This document shows, in pieces, positions 61,330 to 64,000 of a stretch of DNA of 64,000 bases. The number at the start of each line of letters is the position of its first letter. Within the stretch, counting starts at the first letter, position 1. A program made the translations under genes and the position numbers. The notes under the pieces were generated by a model. It made no database searches, was not told where the DNA came from, and saw only the letters and a program-made list of their open reading frames with translations. The stretch comes from a virus: positions 1-64,000 of the IMG/VR virus record IMGVR_UViG_3300042691_039251; one strand, 5' to 3'.

Positions 61330-64000
61330 TTGGCCGGATACCGCATATCAAATACATCTGGGATCGCCCTCTCCACTGATAACGAGGGCATCAGCATTCC
61401 AACCACCGCGAACGTCGCAGGTCTCAGGACCGCAGGAGTCCCAACTGGGTCTCTAGTCTACGCTGTCGCAGATTCTCAGCTCTACGCCTTCAATGGAACG
61501 AGCTGGATCAAAGCCGACACGAGCGGCACGAGTGGAACTTCAGGCTCCAGCGGAACCGCTGGAACTTCGGGAACGAGCGGCTCGTCTGGAACGAGCGGAG
61601 CTACCGGAACGAGCGGTACTTCAGGAATCACCGGACCGCAGGGTCCACAGGGACCGATCGGGCCACAAGGAGTCCAAGGTCCACAAGGTCCACAGGGGCC
61701 GATCGGACCACAGGGATCTCAGGGGCCTAACGGCACTTCAGGGACGACAGGTACGAGCGGATCTAGTGGAACTGCCGGAACTTCAGGCAGCAGCGGAACT
61801 GGTGGAACTAGCGGAACTTCGGGCAGCAGCGGTACTTCAGGGACTAGTGGTTCAAGCGGAACTGCTGGAACATCAGGCGGCATCGGTCCTCAGGGGCCGA
61901 CCGGACCACAGGGAAACCAGGGACCTATCGGAACTGGTGGAACGAGCGGAACTTCAGGCGGAATTGGACCACAGGGACCACAAGGTCCTCTCGGACCTCA
62001 GGGCTCGACTGGGCCGCAAGGTTTACAGGGACCGCAAGGTCTTCAAGGTCCGAACGGCACGAGTGGAACTAGCGGTTCTTCGGGAACAAGCGGGACATCG
62101 GGTTCTAGTGGAACTTCGGGAACTAGTGGATCGAGCGGAACTGCAGGGACGAGCGGAGGGCAGGGACCGAGTGGAACTAGTGGAACGAGCGGAAACAGCG
62201 GTTCTTCAGGCACTAGTGGAACTTCAGGAGGGCAGGGCCCAGGTGGAACTAGCGGAACCTCAGGTACGAGCCCAGCTAGCCAGGTAACAGGTAGCGGAAC
62301 TAGCGGTCAAGTTTCTTTTTGGACTGGAACTAATTCTCAAGCCGGCGATAATAATCTGTTCTGGAATAATACTGATAAGAGATTAGGTATCGGAAAAGCT
62401 GGAGCTGACGCTAGGTTAGAAGTTTACGCTGGTACTAAGCCTCAGATAAGGGCAAATGGTGGTACTGCGATGGGAGGCGGCATCGAATGGTATACTGAGT
62501 TGTCAGGCACAGACAGAAGAAACTGGTCTTTTTTGACTGAAGACGTCATATCTGGTGATTTCAATCTTTTACGGTCATCTTCAGCAGGTGCTGCTCCTTC
62601 TATAGTGACTCTAGCTTTTCAAAGGACAGGATCTGCTGAATTCAAAAGTGATCTACAAACTCTCGGTAAATTAGGAGCCTCAGACAACAACGGACTTTTT
62701 CTGAGAGGCAATTCAGACGTCACACATAAACTATATTACACTTCTACTGGAACAGTTGGCATCATTCTAGAAATCAATAATAATTTTAGGATCAACTATT
62801 ACAACGGAGGATCTCCAAGCACACCTTTTACTTTCAGTACCGGCGGTAATTTAACTGCAACCGGCATTACTACTTCCAATCGTTTTATTTCTAGTGCAAC
62901 AGATAACGGTTCTGGCGAATACTACTTTTTTACTGGGAATGCCGCAGTGAGCAATAACTTGACAATATACGCGTATGCGAATAGTGTGTACACAAACGCA
63001 TACAGCAGCTATCATATCAGAGCTAACAACACAGGAGGATCCGGAGGTTACATATTTCTCCACGGTGGCAGCGTGATGCTGGGGACTGCAGATGCGCCAG
63101 TCCTTCACAGCGGAACTCGGGGTGTCGTTATCAAAGGTTCTGCTCGTGGCATTCTGGAGCTCTGGGATGCTACTTCGGGTAAGTCTGTATTTCAAAATGT
63201 CGGCGGCGATACCTATATTGGACAGCTCGATAAAGGCACCGGAGCAGGCAGCACTTTCTTGCTGGTTAACGGAAACGGTTCAACCGCAGATGTAGCTTTA
63301 ACTCTCACATCAACAGCAGCGGCCACCTTTGCGAGCACTCTTAGAACCAACGGTAACGTTGGAGTAAGAGTGACACCATCATCAGCGAGCGATCAGTATC
63401 TGACGACGGGAGATGCAGGCATAGCTTACTCTAATACGTATTTTGGAACAGGTATGGTTCGTATCGGAGGAGGCTCGGATCACGTAGATAATACAGTTCT
63501 TTCTGTGGCGCCAGGTGTCGTAGTTTTTGATAGACCTGGCATCTCGGGCGGTGCATTGAAGATCACCGGCACCGGACAGATACTGATGGGCACTACCGCA
63601 GCTCTACAGTCTAATGAAAAATTAGCCGTAACTTCAAGCACAAACACTCCAATCATTGCTCAATTCACAGGCGGCAGCACCAGCGGGTGGGCAGCCAAGT
63701 TTTGGAACAACGGCACAACAGGTGACAATCTCATAGCTGAATTTTTAACTGAATCCTCTCTTACGGCCAGAGGATCTATTAGATATGACAGAAGCGGTGA
63801 TAGACTCAATATAGCTGGCGCTGGAAGCGGCTTATATTTCACAGGGACAGCTGCAGCCTTCTACACGACTACGGCCAATGACAACGAAGGCACTCTAAAA
63901 TACGAAAACGGTAATACTGGCACAGGCGGAGCAACGAATGCTCAGTTGCTCGGCAAGTCTAAATTCGGCACTGCTCAGTTCATGGTTTGGGAGAACTACG
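61330..64000 (+). CDS. Collagen-like tail fibre paralogue 6 (3'-truncated; missing from the ORF track)
   Basis: TTG GCC GGA TAC CGC... = [20 protein letters not shown]; 83 triplets (61525-62271); the frame appears open to the window end. Confidence 0.85.
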   Translation, partial: MAGYRISNTSGIALSTDNEGISIPTTANVAGLRTAGVPTGSLVYAVADSQLYAFNGTSWIKADTSGTSGTSGSSGTAGTSGTSGSSGTSGATGTSGTSGITGPQGPQGPIGPQGVQGPQGPQGPIGPQGSQGPNGTSGTTGTSGSSGTAGTSGSSGTGGTSGTSGSSGTSGTSGSSGTAGTSGGIGPQGPTGPQGNQGPIGTGGTSGTSGGIGPQGPQGPLGPQGSTGPQGLQGPQGLQGPNGTSGTSGSSGTSGTSGSSGTSGTSGSSGTAGTSGGQGPSGTSGTSGNSGSSGTSGTSGGQGPGGTSGTSGTSPASQVTGSGTSGQVSFWTGTNSQAGDNNLFWNNTDKRLGIGKAGADARLEVYAGTKPQIRANGGTAMGGGIEWYTELSGTDRRNWSFLTEDVISGDFNLLRSSSAGAAPSIVTLAFQRTGSAEFKSDLQTLGKLGASDNNGLFLRGNSDVTHKLYYTSTGTVGIILEINNNFRINYYNGGSPSTPFTFSTGGNLTATGITTSNRFISSATDNGSGEYYFFTGNAAVSNNLTIYAYANSVYTNAYSSYHIRANNTGGSGGYIFLHGGSVMLGTADAPVLHSGTRGVVIKGSARGILELWDATSGKSVFQNVGGDTYIGQLDKGTGAGSTFLLVNGNGSTADVALTLTSTAAATFASTLRTNGNVGVRVTPSSASDQYLTTGDAGIAYSNTYFGTGMVRIGGGSDHVDNTVLSVAPGVVVFDRPGISGGALKITGTGQILMGTTAALQSNEKLAVTSSTNTPIIAQFTGGSTSGWAAKFWNNGTTGDNLIAEFLTESSLTARGSIRYDRSGDRLNIAGAGSGLYFTGTAAAFYTTTANDNEGTLKYENGNTGTGGATNAQLLGKSKFGTAQFMVWENY

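Noticed and set aside
38695-62271. CRISPR array
   Set aside because: The repeats are degenerate in-frame 9-nt coding units with no repeat-spacer structure.
38807-62287. Long alternative-frame and antisense ORFs over the repeats (e.g. 57533..58570, 61493..62287, VPLVPEVP ORFs) as overlapping genes
   Set aside because: Gly-X-Y codon periodicity avoids stops in other frames; these ORFs begin and end with the repeats.
1-64000. Stop-codon reassignment
   Set aside because: Genes tile densely under the standard code, TAA, TAG and TGA all end genes, and no suppressor tRNA is present.
38500-64000. Diversity-generating retroelement or invertase shufflon acting on the fibres
   Set aside because: No reverse transcriptase, recombinase, adenine-specific repeat pair or inverted cassette was seen in the window.

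Overview
This 64 kb window looks like part of a large dsDNA tailed (jumbo-type) phage genome. Genes are dense and almost all on the + strand, with ATGA/TAATG overlaps, standard genetic code, 5 tRNAs and no Shine-Dalgarno sites. One TAnnTTTG element and the lack of SD suggest a Bacteroidota host (inference). Layout: (1) 1-2.1 kb, end of a collagen-like fibre gene plus small virion-type genes. (2) 5-35.5 kb, a large glycosylation/modification island: more than 10 glycosyltransferase-like domains (GT4, GT2, GT25, GT34-like, several DxD paralogues, and an Aah/TibC-type protein O-heptosyltransferase domain), split HldE kinase and adenylyltransferase, KdsB, two more HxGH nucleotidyltransferases, two SAM methyltransferases, three 2OG-Fe(II) oxygenases and a C5 DNA methyltransferase. 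(3) 35.5-38.5 kb, SpeD and small early-type genes. (4) 38.5-64 kb, six paralogous giant fibre genes sharing a 65-aa N-terminal module and 56-95 Gly-X-Y triplets that alternate Gly-Thr/Ser-Ser and Gly-Pro-Gln blocks. Their beta-rich bodies vary, the five complete copies end in an S74 chaperone, and each is preceded by GATAGATA. Main hypothesis: a phage-encoded protein O-glycosylation (heptosylation) system acting on Ser/Thr-rich collagen-like virion fibres. All family calls come from motif recognition by eye; no searches were run.
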